A DNA stretch of 64,000 nt from Tetramitus jugosus (GCA_937625935.1 OW569354.1:186001-250000), one strand, 5' to 3'; shown: positions 1 through 12,345, counted from the first letter of the stretch. Notes: generated from the sequence alone by a model not told the origin. Numbers and translations are program-made.

Positions 1-112
1 CTCGGGAACAACTGCGGTTGTGGACTTTCTGCCACCTTCATCGGAATTATGATCAGGGTCCAGAAACATCTGGAAGTAAAAATCAAGGCAAACACAACTT
101 CACAAAAAACAA

Positions 113-2464
113 ATGAACGATCACGACAGCGACAACGACGACATGATGATTGAGGAGGACATTGACAATAATGACATTGATCCCTCAACAATGTATCAGG
201 TCATCCCACAAGAGATTCAATTCATCATCTTCACCTATCTGCCCGCATTGCCATAGTATGTACTTTTTTGTATGCAAAATCTCTGTGAAGAGATGATCAC
301 TGACTCTTGACTCACACATATCTTTATCCTCAACCACTGTAGCTACTTTTCTCTCAAGTCACTCAACAAGTACTTTGCCTCTCAGTTCTCCAGTGATGAG
401 ATGACATGGTCAGAAATCAATTGCCTCAATCTGTCTCCCTATAATCGATATGAAAAATACATTTTTCAGTCACCAGCCAGAAGAATCATTGACTCTCACT
501 TTGTTGACAAGTGCAAACCTGAAATGATTCAAAAGCTTGTCTTGTCTAGTTTATACAGGCCATACGCTTCACATCTAATCAAGATGCTTCCCAATCTCAA
601 AGAACTGACATATCCGTCTGATTTCTTGCCACAGGTTCAATGGAGATATCGTCTTCCAGTGTTGGACTCCACCTTTTCATCAGAGTTAAAATTAATGGGG
701 TCCGTTTATTCTCATGATCAAATCGAAACGTTGAATGTGTTTTTGCAAGTGCCCGTCGGTTTGAGAAGATGTCAAATGCGATCGAGAGATGCAATGTATG
801 GAGCTGTGCGTCCTGATGATGGTGATAATGATAACGAAGAGAACAATGACAATAAGAAGAGCAAAGAAGATGAAGAAGCACAGCGATGCGAGAGACTCAA
901 GTTGATAAGTACAATAGTGGATGCGTTGAGATCTTTTCCAAAATTGAAGCGATTAAACGTGTACAATACGACTGTCAGTGATGCAGATGTTGCAAAGTCA
1001 TTGAGACAAGTTCAGTATTGGATGAGAAAAAAAAATGAAATTCTTGACAAGATACAGTCACAGGAATTTACAGAAGCGAGACGCTTGGTAGGAACTGTTG
1101 CAGATTACAATCGATTGTGCTTGCATCCAACTGCCATGAGTGAGGATTTTGAACTCAATGTATACTCTTGTCTACGTCAACAAAACAAGACTCTGGCTTT
1201 TGATGACTTGATTCGATGTGGTTTGTCACCAAGCACTTTTGTACAAAACAATCAGAGAAGCTACTTGTTCATGCTGTTGCACTATGGTAACTGGGCAAGA
1301 AGAAAGGCACCGTTGGAAGAGTTGTACAAGAAACATCCCACTGAATTCTTCTCTTGGTTCCGACCATCGGATTGGAGTCTCCTTCTATCGGGAGAGACAT
1401 GTGAAGCCACGAATTTTATCTCCTTCTTCCTTCCAAAATTTACCAAGAGTGAATTCATGCATGTTGTTTCACCTCTCATTTTGTCAGATGTTGGAGACAA
1501 TGCCTATGTAGTGATACAAAAGTTTCCAGAGTATGGATTCGACTTCAAATCTGTTCCCAACTTGCTCAAGACTGTCGAAAAGGCTCCTAGGTTGTATCAA
1601 TACTTTTGTGAACAGGGTTGCTCATTGCAAGAAGAGGCAATTGTCCCTCAGGACTACCTCAAACAATTAGTGCAGCCATGTGTTCTCCATAAGGTGTTGG
1701 AGGAGAGCGTGTCAAACGGGATCGATCTTGCCAATTCCAAAGAGTTCAAGGATCACATCTTCAATACTATTAGTGTAGGTGATGAGCAGTTTGCGCTCAT
1801 GGCTTTGGACAAAATTGGAGTTGAGAGTGTACAAACTCATCGAGATAACCACGGTGATACGTACTTGCACGCAGCATTGGCATGGACTCGCTTAGAACTA
1901 GCAAGATCCATTATTCGCAGATATGGAATTAAGGATATCAATATGATGAATAATAGCAACGAGACTGTTCTGCACATTGCCTGCAGATCCATGAAATGTC
2001 TTCCTAACATGATAGAGTTGTTGCTTGGTGTTCCAGGAGTCAAAACCTATATCAAAAACAAGGGCAATGAATATGCCTACGATATCATGGTGAGAACTAT
2101 GACATCTAGGTATTATCCTCTCTCGTTGTATGCAAATATTTTGAAGCGATTAGAACCAAAGGAAGCAATGGAAGTTGACAAAATACTTGTTGAGGCCAGC
2201 AAGATTCAAAACGACACTGACCAGGCTTATCCTGCTCCAAGGAAAAGAAGGAGGAAATCGGAAGTTGTCAGTTGCTATCAAAGAGCAAAGAGAGCAAAGG
2301 ATACAACTGAGTCGAATGAAGCTGGCAATGAAACTGGTAATGAAGCTGTCAATGAACCAATCGAACCAACAGAGACAGTCTGCCAAATCACTGGTCGCCG
2401 AACTCAGAGGAACTCAATGTCCCTTCGAACAAACACTAAAAGATTTAGCTCATATGCTCAATAA
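113..2464 (+). CDS. F-box + LRR-like + ankyrin-repeat protein (2 exons; intron 256-342)
   Basis: ATG at 113. Splicing GTATGT(256)..AG(342) joins in frame to ORF 401-2464 and rebuilds an F-box (IPQEIQFIIFTYLPALPYYFSLKSLNKYF). C-terminal ankyrin motifs GDTYLHAA and NETVLHIAC. Confidence 0.8.
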
Positions 2465-2514
2465 ATTCCACGTTGAACAAGTCAGACAGATAGCTTTATT
2501 TCCTCGAATCATCC

Positions 2515-3177
2515 TTATTGGAAACTCTCTGGTCGCGGCACCAGATACATCATGTACAATATCCACCAAATCAATTGTTTCAATCCTGTAAACACTTCAC
2601 TGAGCCAATCTCTTTCAGGAGCAGAACGCCTAATCATCGCCTTTTGTTGCTGCGTCTGAGGTATGTATCGAATGAAGTTTTCACTCTCGGTAGTCGATTG
2701 ATCCCCAACTTGCCTTTTTCTTTGCACGGCAGATGAAGTGGAGATTGGAACCTGACTGCTCTTCCGAAATAGATCATGCTGCTCCTTTGTAGATAGATAG
2801 GGCATGCCATCTGACGGTTTCGGCACAGCCAATGGCATATCTAATGAGTGATACAACTGTAGTTCCGTAAGACCGGGAATTAAATTCTCCGAATCGGGCA
2901 AAATTTTCGAAAAAGAGAGGTGTTCAGCATCCGAGCTCGGTTCGCGCACATATGGATTTTTTGTCATTGTCGTTGTTTTTGCTGTTGTTGCCGATGGTGC
3001 CGATCCAATGGATATGATTCGTTGTGCACCGTTCTTTTCGTATGGTTGTTGTTTGTCAACATCACCGATCGCTCTGTTGTAGCATAGCGCTATGGCTGCT
3101 CTTCTTTGTTCTTCGTCTTCTGTGCTGAATGCAGAGCGCTTGGTTTGAGCATAGCTCGTTGTCCTTGTTGATTCCAT
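2515..3177 (-). CDS. hypothetical protein with C-terminal hydrophobic segment
   Basis: 220-aa ATG-initiated ORF filling the gap between two genes, divergent from CenH3; no recognised motif. Confidence 0.6.
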   Translation of the reverse strand: MESTRTTSYAQTKRSAFSTEDEEQRRAAIALCYNRAIGDVDKQQPYEKNGAQRIISIGSAPSATTAKTTTMTKNPYVREPSSDAEHLSFSKILPDSENLIPGLTELQLYHSLDMPLAVPKPSDGMPYLSTKEQHDLFRKSSQVPISTSSAVQRKRQVGDQSTTESENFIRYIPQTQQQKAMIRRSAPERDWLSEVFTGLKQLIWWILYMMYLVPRPESFQ

Positions 3178-3223
3178 TTTTTTGTTTTTGGGCGCGAGAT
3201 CAACAACGGAGAATCAAGTCTGC

Positions 3224-3234
3224 CGCCAAAAATT
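3224..3234 (-). promoter_or_regulatory. E2F-like site (TTTGGCGG) in the CenH3 bidirectional promoter
   Basis: CCGCCAAAAA on the plus strand about 45 bp upstream of the CenH3 ATG. Similar TTTSSCGS sites occur in several other promoters. Confidence 0.4.
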
Positions 3235-3274
3235 GTCAAAAACCACCAGAAAAAAGGCACGAAATATCACAACA

Positions 3275-3784
3275 ATGAGCAACAGCAATCCCAGCACACC
3301 TAGCATCAACGCTCGATCTAGAGGCAACAACCCAAACACTCCCACAACCGGTGGTGGTACCAACAACCAACGAGCTTCATCCATTGTCGGTGGCCCTGTT
3401 CATGCCAGTTCAAGAAGAACAGTTCCTGGTCCATCGAGGCCAACACCTGGTATTGCAAAGGCTCCTACGCGGAGGAGAGCACCCGGTGAGGCATCACTAG
3501 ATGAAATTAGAAAATATCAAAAAACGCATCATGCACTGTTGCCAAAGTTGCCATTTACGCGAGTGGTGAAATCCATTACAGAAAGAGTGACTTGTGGTCA
3601 AGTACAAATGAAATGGAAGGCAGAGGCATTAGAGGCAGTGCAGCAGGCAACAGAGGATTATTTGGTTCATTTGTTTGAGGATTGTAATCTGTGTGCGATT
3701 CATTGTAAACGAGTGACTATAATGTTGAAGGATATTCATTTGGCGAGAAGGATTAGAGGTGTTAGAGAAGGTATTTATCATTAA
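3275..3784 (+). CDS. CENH3: centromeric histone H3 variant (CenH3/CENP-A)
   Basis: Histone fold ([14 protein letters not shown]...[29 protein letters not shown]) with a tail unrelated to H3. Loop 1 is longer, and the H3-diagnostic residues are replaced: Q68->T, F84->W, T107->C. Confidence 0.85.
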   Translation: MSNSNPSTPSINARSRGNNPNTPTTGGGTNNQRASSIVGGPVHASSRRTVPGPSRPTPGIAKAPTRRRAPGEASLDEIRKYQKTHHALLPKLPFTRVVKSITERVTCGQVQMKWKAEALEAVQQATEDYLVHLFEDCNLCAIHCKRVTIMLKDIHLARRIRGVREGIYH

Positions 3785-3903
3785 GGCATGTGTTTGTAGT
3801 GCTTGACACACCTTAGGAGAACGCACAATGTATTATATAGAATAAATTTTTGAATCATAGGCAATGGCTTCAGAAACCTTCCTTTATTGTGTGCGTGTGA
3901 TTA

Positions 3904-5340
3904 TTAGAGCAAATGATCGTGTCCTAGTAGTGTGCTGATCAGGCCTTCAGATGTTAGATTGCCCGAGGTTGGCTTCCTTGTTTTTCTTCTCTTGGCACTT
4001 GAGCCAGAGAATGCATCTTGTTGCTCATCATCACCAGCCACAGCTTGCTTTTCAGCCTGCACATGTCCTTGTTCGTACTCATTTCTTTGTCTCTTCTTCA
4101 ACTGTGACTCTTCTTCATAGGAATGCTCCTGCTGAACATGTTGATTCAAGCTTCTCTTGTGACAAAAACGTCTGTGACAGAACGTGCAAGGGAACTTGAA
4201 CTTTTCCTCTTCATCACCGTGAGATGTCCGAATGTGCGTATTCAAGTTACTTTGCCTAGTGTATACCTTTAAGCACCCATCATACGGACAACGAAACATG
4301 GGTTCATCTTCTCTAGCGTGTGCCTCTCTCAAATGATGCTGCAACAGCTCTAAACTCGCAAATGTGTGTTGCTTTTGAACATTATCCAAGTGTTGTTCTC
4401 CATTGCTTTCTTCTTGTGATTCTTGTTGTTGAGAATGATGACTGGAATGAGCAGAAGCCGCACACACTGGACAACTATAACCCACATTTTCCTTCTCTTG
4501 ATCCTCCTCTGTTTGATACTTGTGACACTGGTGCAAATGAATTTGCATTTCCTTTCGAAACGCAAACGTTTTACCACAATTTGGAAAACCGCAAATGAAC
4601 CGCATCTCCTCATGTCTCTTCAAATGCTTCTTGAACTGTCCCTCTGTTGCAAATTTTTTGTCACAGTGAGTGCACTCATAGGGCATACTCTTTAGAATGG
4701 CATCAATCTGTTGTTGCGTCACAACACTTTTTTTTTCACTTTCTCCTGCTTCTTCCTGTTGATTCTCTACTACTACTACTACTTGTTTCACATGTATCTT
4801 GGCCACATGTTTTCTCATTTGATTCTTCTTTGCGAATCGTGCACCACAAATTTCACACTTTTCATTCTTGCCTGTCGTGTCATGAAATTGAGCAATGTGT
4901 CTCGTTCGTTCAGCACTCGTGTGAAATCGTTCAGAGCACAGGTGACAGGGAAGGTGAGGAAGTGCTCGCATACTAGCTAATCTACGTTGTCTTCTCGTTG
5001 GTGATTCCATAATGGTACTCGTCGTGTCAGTATTGTCATCATTATCATTAATATTACTATTGTCATTGGAAGTGTGATTTGTATTCGTGTCATCAGTTAT
5101 TGTTGTTGGTAGGAATGATGAATGAGCAGTTAAAGTAGTAGTAGAGGAGGAGGAAGAAGAAGAAGAAGAAGAAGATGGAGAGTGTGAAGCAAGAGAAGAT
5201 GCACCAGAGCTGGCAAAGAGTGGAGAGTTGAGGGAAGTGTTGATCAGCATTGTTGTTGATGGTGCATTGTGTTGTGAATGCTGTGACTGGGAGGTGATGA
5301 TTTCCTCAAAGAGTCGTGTGAGATCGATGGGTGATGACAT
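3904..5340 (-). CDS. multi-C2H2 zinc-finger protein, possibly TFIIIA
   Basis: About 7 C2H2 fingers, e.g. CPYDGCLKVYTRQSNLNTHIRTSH, followed by a basic NLS-like tail. The last fingers resemble TFIIIA fingers 8-9. Confidence 0.75.
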   Translation of the reverse strand: MSSPIDLTRLFEEIITSQSQHSQHNAPSTTMLINTSLNSPLFASSGASSLASHSPSSSSSSSSSSSTTTLTAHSSFLPTTITDDTNTNHTSNDNSNINDNDDNTDTTSTIMESPTRRQRRLASMRALPHLPCHLCSERFHTSAERTRHIAQFHDTTGKNEKCEICGARFAKKNQMRKHVAKIHVKQVVVVVENQQEEAGESEKKSVVTQQQIDAILKSMPYECTHCDKKFATEGQFKKHLKRHEEMRFICGFPNCGKTFAFRKEMQIHLHQCHKYQTEEDQEKENVGYSCPVCAASAHSSHHSQQQESQEESNGEQHLDNVQKQHTFASLELLQHHLREAHAREDEPMFRCPYDGCLKVYTRQSNLNTHIRTSHGDEEEKFKFPCTFCHRRFCHKRSLNQHVQQEHSYEEESQLKKRQRNEYEQGHVQAEKQAVAGDDEQQDAFSGSSAKRRKTRKPTSGNLTSEGLISTLLGHDHLL

Positions 5341-5857
5341 CTTTTGTGTGCAATTTTTTTTTCTTTGAGCACCGGTTTATTTTTTTTTGTTCAAGAAATT
5401 TATGTCACTTTCGTGTTTAGTTGGGAATACAATGAGTTGTAGAATTCCCACAACCTTCTTGTTCGAGAGCATTTTCAGAATTCAATGAGACGGTAAGAGA
5501 ACGGTTTTATCGTAGATTGCGATTCGTAGAATAATTTTGGGATCAATTTTCTTCTGTAGTATTTTGGGAAATCACAATGAAACTTCGCAGTGATAATCAC
5601 TCATGATTTCGTCACTGGCTAGTCGATCAGACAATATGCACAGTTGTTGATGTACTGATTGATGTACCCCTTGATCCTTCGCGCCTAAATTTTGGCGGTT
5701 CAATGAGTTCACTGAATTATTCAAATAGCGAATTGTCCGAATGAAGAAAAATTCTGGAGGAGAAACGAAATCGACAGTGGAAGAAGCAAGCCAAACCACA
5801 CAACAACACACCAAAAATTCTTCAAGTGCAGATCATCATCAACATTGAATACAAACC

Positions 5858-8800
5858 ATGAGCAATCATCAATCTCTAGAGACTGATCATCGCTCTCAAA
5901 ACGCCAACAATTTCACAATCAATCGCACAACCACCAAGCGCAGAAGACTCAACCAGTCATCATCTCCCTCATCCTCACCATCACTCATTCATAATGATGG
6001 TGATGATGAAGCCCACAACCAAAATGATGGCGTTGATGGTGGTGACAATGATGCAAACCAAGTGTACACTAGAGATGAAAGCAAGAGAAAACGAAGCAAT
6101 GTCAATGTGATGACTAGTGGTGGAGGTGTCTCACGTGAAACACTGCTGAAAGCCATTGAGAGCATTGATAAGAGTATTGAGGAGGCAACTCATCAAATCA
6201 ATTCAAAAAAATCAGTATTCAATGAATTCCTGACTCCCAATTCCTCTGTAACAACGACAACGACATTAACGACAAGACCAACAACAATCCCAGCAACAAT
6301 AGCAACCACCAGAGAAACTGCCAACCATGATGATGCGATGCTTTCAAGAAAAAACAAGATTCAACAAATCTATTATGACAATAGGCAAAAGTGCTGTGAA
6401 GCATACTCGTTGTTTGATCATTTGAACTGGAGAGACAATCCAACACCCTATTTATCATCTCCTTTGCCGCTCACAGATGTCAAAAAAGTTTCTTCATCAG
6501 TCAGAGGCAACAAGAACAAGAACAAGAGCAGCAGCAAGGAAACAAAGTGGTTATTGCCATCCATGGATCCCAATCTGCGCAAAGAACTAGAAGCTAGCAT
6601 ATTGCACAAATGGTCCTCTATGCATCAGAAGAATCGAGCATTGATTAGTCAGTTTAAGGAGTTGAATCAAAAGTGGCTCGAGAAGCAAGATAAACTTTCA
6701 AAGAAGAAGAAAAAGAAGACTGAAGAGGATCGAAGGTACAAACCAATGACTCGGCACAAGAAAACTTTGGCTGAAATTCCTAGGATGTTGACAGACGAGG
6801 AGAAAAAGTATGATTTTTTGAGTGTGAACGGATTTATGGACTCTGAGGCTGTTTTGCGAGAGTATGTAGAGCAACGGATCACAGAGACATCATGGACTCA
6901 AGAGGAGAAGGATATATTTATGCAAAAATTTGCTCTTTATCCAAAGAATTGTCGAAAAATTGCCACTTATCTCCCCAATAAGACCACTTATGACTGCGTT
7001 AATTTCTATTACAACAATAAGTGTACTCCCGAGTTTAAGGAGATGGAAAATAGAATATCAAAGAGAAGACATCCTAAGCGTGTCATTTCCGAAGGTAAAA
7101 GTAAACCAAAGCCTGTTGTTGAGGTTCAATCCGAGTCATCAGAGGAGGAAGAAGAGGAAGAGGAAGACACAGAAAAGGATTCGGAGCAAGTTGAATGGAC
7201 AGATGATGAAATTACATCGCTGATTGGATTCTTGCAAGTGTATGGAATCCACTTTGAGACCATTGCACAGAAATTGAAAACAAAGACTGCACAACAATGT
7301 GAAAGCTTCTACAACGAAAATGATGAAAAATTGAATTTGGAGAGTTATGTTCGTACAACAACTCGATCTGGAAGGACAACGGGAGCTATGCCACCAAAGC
7401 CAACAAGACGAAAGGAAGTGAGAGAACCAAAAACAAAAGAATCAGCAAGAGTAGCACCACCGACACCGACCGAGGGAGCAAAACAGAGTAGGAGACAATC
7501 CACACAACCTAATCTTACACCACAGTCAGTACCGCAGGAAGAAGCAACGAAGCTTGACCAAACTGAAGCTAAAAAGACAAAGAAACAAGTGTCTGTTTGG
7601 ACAATCGTTGAAAAAGACACTTTTCTCGACTCGTTTTTAGAATATGGACGTGATTGGAAGAAGATTGCCGAGCTAATACCATCAAAGACTGAGAATCAAA
7701 TCAAAAACTTTTACCAGAATTATAAGGTTAAGTTGGGTTTGGCCGAACCTCCTGGCGTCAAGATAAAAAAGAAGCGAAGGCGAGTGTCGCTGATATTTGA
7801 TTCTGAACCTCCTGAGCTATGCCAACTTGCTAGTTTAGCGCAAGAGCTCGCAGATAAAGGTTCCATCGATCTAGACGATTATCGGATGTCTGACATTACA
7901 GACGATGGATATGACAAAAGAGCGTCCCTGACACCCCCACCTCCTCCATCGCTACTCAATATTCATCCACTCGCAGAGGCTGAATATCGGATGAATAACC
8001 ATTTTGATCTTTTGGCGCATGCGAGTGAACAAAATGATGATGGAGTGGATTTATTGGCAAGTATGGCGCTGCATCAGAAACCACCAACTACCGTTGTTCA
8101 AGCTCCTCCAGCTTCCCAAGCGAATTATCCATCACTGCAGGATGTTATGATCAATTCTGGCATTATTCCGAACCATCAACAACAGGCTGCTGTCCAACCG
8201 CAACTTTATGCCCAGCAACAGCAAACACGACCTCGATCGTCATCTATTCCTACTACGCCCAGAAGTACATCATCCACACCTCCTACTAACAAGAAATCAA
8301 CACCCCGATCAACTACTAGACGAAAATCAAACAGTACGGCCTCTGCGACAACCTTCAAAAACAAGAAGAGCCCACAGCAAGAAGTTGCTAGTGATGCTTT
8401 TTCCAATCCTTTTGCCATGTATGGAATGCCAAACTTTACATTACCATTTAGTCCAGGTCAGTTTAATGCAACCTCAAACAACTATACTCCCTCAACTATC
8501 GAACAACCAACATCTGATCTTGAGAGAAGTAAGAAGACTTCAAAAAAGTCGAGTGCAAAATCAGTAAGCTCCATGGGTCAAACTTCTCCACAACACACAT
8601 GGCTCTGGTTTAACCAACAGGATGCAGGAAAGACTGCTGACAAACCTAAACCTGCAATTGATTTAACCTCGACTGAGACTCTCTCAACAACATTTACGCC
8701 ACAACTTGCGAATAGGCCTGTAAGCAGTGCTCCTCAAGCTGCCACTCAAAATCCTCCTGCCAAATCTAGCAGCGCTGCTCCATTGCATGCATTCTCGACT

Positions 8801-9574
8801 GTTCTATCTCAGCCAACTGGCTCACCTGCAGTAGAGATCAAACATCACGCAAGTGGTACCGAGCAAAAGAATGTTTTAGATGAGTTGAATCGATCGAAAC
8901 CTGTCCAAACGACATCCATTGCACATACTTCTGTTACTAATACCTCTAGCAACACAAACCAGGAGAATGTGATGATTGAAGAGTTAGGTAGGGGTAAAAT
9001 TTCAGAGTATCAACCTCCGCTGACGGCTAGTTGGGGAAATGCCTTCAATACGACACCCCAAGTGAATAACGATCAAGGTAATGCTCGATATGGAAATCAA
9101 ACGAATACCACTCATGGTTACGCATCTGGTTTGTTCTCTTCCTCGAGCTCCTCATCTATGAGTAGTGGTCCACAAACATACCAGACAAGCTCTAATGCAT
9201 TCGGTATCCCCGTCACTAATACTGCTATGCCAAGTCATGGTAATATTAGTTCCAATCCGAGTACCACGCCTGCTGCAGACAACAGAAATCTCTTTTTCAT
9301 GATGCAGAATTCAAACGCAACCCAGGAAAGCAATCAGCCAAGAGGGATAAGCCAGCAGCAAAATGCCCCTGTGTCCAATGTGTCACCTCCCAACACTCCA
9401 CAAGTCACAAACCTATTCTCTATCTCTCCTGCACCTCATCCCAATCCACAAGGAAACATACCAGTGGCAACATCCATCTCTGATTTCACCTTGATCTTTG
9501 CAAACAATCCTCAAGGAAATATCAATAACTTCCAACCTAACATTACTCCATCCAACAAGAAACCATCCGAATAA
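5858..9574 (+). CDS. N-CoR/SMRT/Snt1-like SANT-domain corepressor
   Basis: DAD-like segment (AEIPRML...NGFM) before SANT1 WTQEEKDIF...KTTYDCVNFYY, two more SANT repeats, and a long low-complexity C-terminus. Confidence 0.8.
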   Translation: MSNHQSLETDHRSQNANNFTINRTTTKRRRLNQSSSPSSSPSLIHNDGDDEAHNQNDGVDGGDNDANQVYTRDESKRKRSNVNVMTSGGGVSRETLLKAIESIDKSIEEATHQINSKKSVFNEFLTPNSSVTTTTTLTTRPTTIPATIATTRETANHDDAMLSRKNKIQQIYYDNRQKCCEAYSLFDHLNWRDNPTPYLSSPLPLTDVKKVSSSVRGNKNKNKSSSKETKWLLPSMDPNLRKELEASILHKWSSMHQKNRALISQFKELNQKWLEKQDKLSKKKKKKTEEDRRYKPMTRHKKTLAEIPRMLTDEEKKYDFLSVNGFMDSEAVLREYVEQRITETSWTQEEKDIFMQKFALYPKNCRKIATYLPNKTTYDCVNFYYNNKCTPEFKEMENRISKRRHPKRVISEGKSKPKPVVEVQSESSEEEEEEEEDTEKDSEQVEWTDDEITSLIGFLQVYGIHFETIAQKLKTKTAQQCESFYNENDEKLNLESYVRTTTRSGRTTGAMPPKPTRRKEVREPKTKESARVAPPTPTEGAKQSRRQSTQPNLTPQSVPQEEATKLDQTEAKKTKKQVSVWTIVEKDTFLDSFLEYGRDWKKIAELIPSKTENQIKNFYQNYKVKLGLAEPPGVKIKKKRRRVSLIFDSEPPELCQLASLAQELADKGSIDLDDYRMSDITDDGYDKRASLTPPPPPSLLNIHPLAEAEYRMNNHFDLLAHASEQNDDGVDLLASMALHQKPPTTVVQAPPASQANYPSLQDVMINSGIIPNHQQQAAVQPQLYAQQQQTRPRSSSIPTTPRSTSSTPPTNKKSTPRSTTRRKSNSTASATTFKNKKSPQQEVASDAFSNPFAMYGMPNFTLPFSPGQFNATSNNYTPSTIEQPTSDLERSKKTSKKSSAKSVSSMGQTSPQHTWLWFNQQDAGKTADKPKPAIDLTSTETLSTTFTPQLANRPVSSAPQAATQNPPAKSSSAAPLHAFSTVLSQPTGSPAVEIKHHASGTEQKNVLDELNRSKPVQTTSIAHTSVTNTSSNTNQENVMIEELGRGKISEYQPPLTASWGNAFNTTPQVNNDQGNARYGNQTNTTHGYASGLFSSSSSSSMSSGPQTYQTSSNAFGIPVTNTAMPSHGNISSNPSTTPAADNRNLFFMMQNSNATQESNQPRGISQQQNAPVSNVSPPNTPQVTNLFSISPAPHPNPQGNIPVATSISDFTLIFANNPQGNINNFQPNITPSNKKPSE

Positions 9575-9664
9575 ACTCCTTAAGGCAATTCTCCGCATAG
9601 CTCTGGCTTTTGCACTTGCTTCAATCCAACGAACAACACAAACACATAAAAAGAGAGATTAACC

Positions 9665-10360
9665 ATGTCCAACCAGAGTGGCAATCGTCAATCGCTAGAT
9701 ATTGAGATCTCGGTTCTCAAAGAGGAACACATTACACAAGCAGCATACCTGTTGTCCACTTCATTCGGAATGCACGAACCCATTGCGAAAGCACTTGATA
9801 TTCCCTCACACGATCACTATATTTTCAGTTTGCGATTGGCCCAAAAGACTGCTAAAGATGGATTGTCTCATGTCGCCATTGAGAAGACCAGCGGAATGGT
9901 GATTGGTGTTATACTGAGCGCAGATATGGTTGGTGAAGCACCGTTCGAGATGCGGGAGATTCCCAACGCAATCAATAGTGTCATGACTCTGTTGGATCAC
10001 TTGGATCACATGTACGAAGAAAAGTATGGTCGATTTGAGAAACAGGGAGAGCATTTCCATGTGTTGTGCATTGCGATTCATCCAGATCCGTTCTATGCAG
10101 GCAAGGGCTTGGCCAAACAATTGCTGCAAGCAAATTTGAACTCGGCCAGACATAGAGGATTCACAAATGGTCTGGCTGAGTGTACTGGCTTATTTTCTCA
10201 GCGACTCTTTCGAACATTTGGGTTCAGTGAGGAATTTGATCTTCCTTACAACACCTGGAAAGAAAATGGAGTCTTTATTTTTAAGGATATGGAGGCGAAG
10301 GCGAGAGAAGCAAATGATATCATTCATCCCTCAATCAAGCTCATGAGGTGTAGATTGTAA
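9665..10360 (+). CDS. GNAT-family N-acetyltransferase (arylalkylamine NAT-like)
   Basis: F..HEP motif, acetyl-CoA motif A (IAIHP..YAGKGLAKQLL) and AECTGLFSQRLFRTFGF. Confidence 0.85.
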   Translation: MSNQSGNRQSLDIEISVLKEEHITQAAYLLSTSFGMHEPIAKALDIPSHDHYIFSLRLAQKTAKDGLSHVAIEKTSGMVIGVILSADMVGEAPFEMREIPNAINSVMTLLDHLDHMYEEKYGRFEKQGEHFHVLCIAIHPDPFYAGKGLAKQLLQANLNSARHRGFTNGLAECTGLFSQRLFRTFGFSEEFDLPYNTWKENGVFIFKDMEAKAREANDIIHPSIKLMRCRL

Positions 10361-10401
10361 GAGCAAAGAATAAAGATTAAGTTATGTGCAAAACCGTTCG
10401 T

Positions 10402-11610
10402 TTATGTAAATGGGGCCAAAATTGCCATGACTGCAAAACCAATAATAAATAGAATGAACTTGACGAGAGAGTAGATAGGATGAGGTTCTTCCTCATGGTC
10501 TTCGTCGTCTGGGCCGTGGCTGTGATTGTGACTACCTAGCACTTCAAAGAGGGAGACGTGGAGAAAGGCACCTGCAGCAAGAGCCAAAAGACAGCTCTCA
10601 GCCACAAGCCAACCATTGTTCTCAGAGCTAGCACCTGATTCTGTGATTCCAATACCAATTGCAATACCAACTGGAGTGGCAATAGCAAAAGAAATGACCA
10701 AAAAGATGGTGCCCGCAGTATTTCTCCAGAACTTGCTTGGATCAATCTTACGGAATCCCTTTTCGATAATAATACCCAGAGCAAATGCAGCAACAAATTT
10801 GTGAGCCATAATAGCAGCAAACAAGCTCCACATCTCACCCACATCATCAGCAGCTCCCAATCCTAGACCTTCAAAGACTGAGTGAACACTAAGTGAGATC
10901 CAAATGACAATGGCATTCAAAAAGAGAGTCAAGGATGTCTTGCTCATCTTTCCATGATGATGATGGTCATGGTGATGCTTGTTAAGCTGTTGATCATCAG
11001 AGCCATAGTTTGTGGCGTGTTCTGAGGCATTCAACATTGATTCTTCAGCAGTAATAGCTACATCCATTTCACCACGAGTCTTTGCATGAATCACAAACTT
11101 CATTAGAATATTTTCCAAAAAGTAAATGGTGAGCAAAGCACAGCATGCCAATGTAGCAACCCATGGATACTCTACGAACCATGGTCCTTCATCGCCCTCA
11201 TCTCCCAAGAGACCACCACTAGTAGAGCGAAACTTGGAAGAACGACCCATATTCGAGCTGAATTGAGTCATCCACTGACCATCAGCAGACATGGTCGTAT
11301 TGTGATGATGATGGATGAGCTCTGAAATGGCACCACTCATCTTTTCACTTGCTTCTGGAATGAGATGAAGCATGCCACCACCGAGTAGGATACCACCAGC
11401 AAAGCCTTCCAACAGCCTCATGATCTTCAAGATCTTATCCATAAAGGTAACCTTTGCGTGCAACCATTTCCACTGAGATAGAATAATAGGAGCAAAGCAA
11501 GAGATGAGAGAACCAAAAAGCAACACGAACAGTGTGACGAGCTTGACTGTAAGCAGACCGCGTTCTCCGCCACCGGGTGCGGAGAATACCTCTTCAAAAG
11601 AAATTGACAT
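10402..11610 (-). CDS. ZIP (Zrt/Irt-like) zinc/iron transporter
   Basis: FAGGILLGGGMLHLIPEA, His-rich loop, SVHSVFEGLGLG, AHKFVAAFALG; about 8 TM segments. Confidence 0.93.
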   Translation of the reverse strand: MSISFEEVFSAPGGGERGLLTVKLVTLFVLLFGSLISCFAPIILSQWKWLHAKVTFMDKILKIMRLLEGFAGGILLGGGMLHLIPEASEKMSGAISELIHHHHNTTMSADGQWMTQFSSNMGRSSKFRSTSGGLLGDEGDEGPWFVEYPWVATLACCALLTIYFLENILMKFVIHAKTRGEMDVAITAEESMLNASEHATNYGSDDQQLNKHHHDHHHHGKMSKTSLTLFLNAIVIWISLSVHSVFEGLGLGAADDVGEMWSLFAAIMAHKFVAAFALGIIIEKGFRKIDPSKFWRNTAGTIFLVISFAIATPVGIAIGIGITESGASSENNGWLVAESCLLALAAGAFLHVSLFEVLGSHNHSHGPDDEDHEEEPHPIYSLVKFILFIIGFAVMAILAPFT

Positions 11611-11889
11611 TTTTTGACGCAATTAACGGCAGTGATTCACCTAGATGGAGCGCAATGAAATATCAGTTATCACCACGAGGATGCTGCAGAGTAAGTGAGA
11701 TTTTGTTTGTTTGTGGTTGTTCTCACGTGGAAAGTGGCGTGGTTTTATGTTGTCGTGTTTTTGTTGCGGATCCGCAATATTCCCGGTTGGCCAAAATCGT
11801 GTTCTATCCGCAGTCAACCCAGCTTCCAATCTGCGCATTTATGCCGACTCCCGCCAAAATCAAACAACGCCCAAAATTGTAGAAGCAGC

Positions 11890-12345
11890 ATGAGCAACAA
11901 GCAAGACCAAGCCGTCAATACAACGGATTTACAGCATTGCCTCAATATTGATGAAATCTATCAAGGTATGTTACTTGATGAAGTCAAATCATGTCTTTGA
12001 TGCACCACTGAACTTGTGCTCACAATGTTCCTGACTTCATCACCAGCTTTGCTTCAAATGAAGCCGTCTGATGTACAGAAAAAAGTAGGAGAATCACTGC
12101 AGAGAGGACATGTCATTTCTCAATACGAGACTCAAGTGTTGAGCGAGTGTAAAAATTTAGGTGTTCTCGATTTGGTGAGTCAGTTGAGCAAAGGCGAGAG
12201 TGCCGACGTGCTCGAGGAAGACTTACGAAGACGCATTTACGGTTATGAGCCCCTGCTCAAAACGGATGAACCTTCCCCACCTGTAGTGACGAACGAAAGT
12301 GTCAGTCAGAATCCAAATACAGAATCGCTGAACTCGGACCGCTGA
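11890..12345 (+). CDS. small hypothetical protein (2 exons; intron 11966-12046)
   Basis: ATG at 11890. A GTATGT donor, CTGAC branch point and CAG acceptor join two ORFs in frame. Confidence 0.65.
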
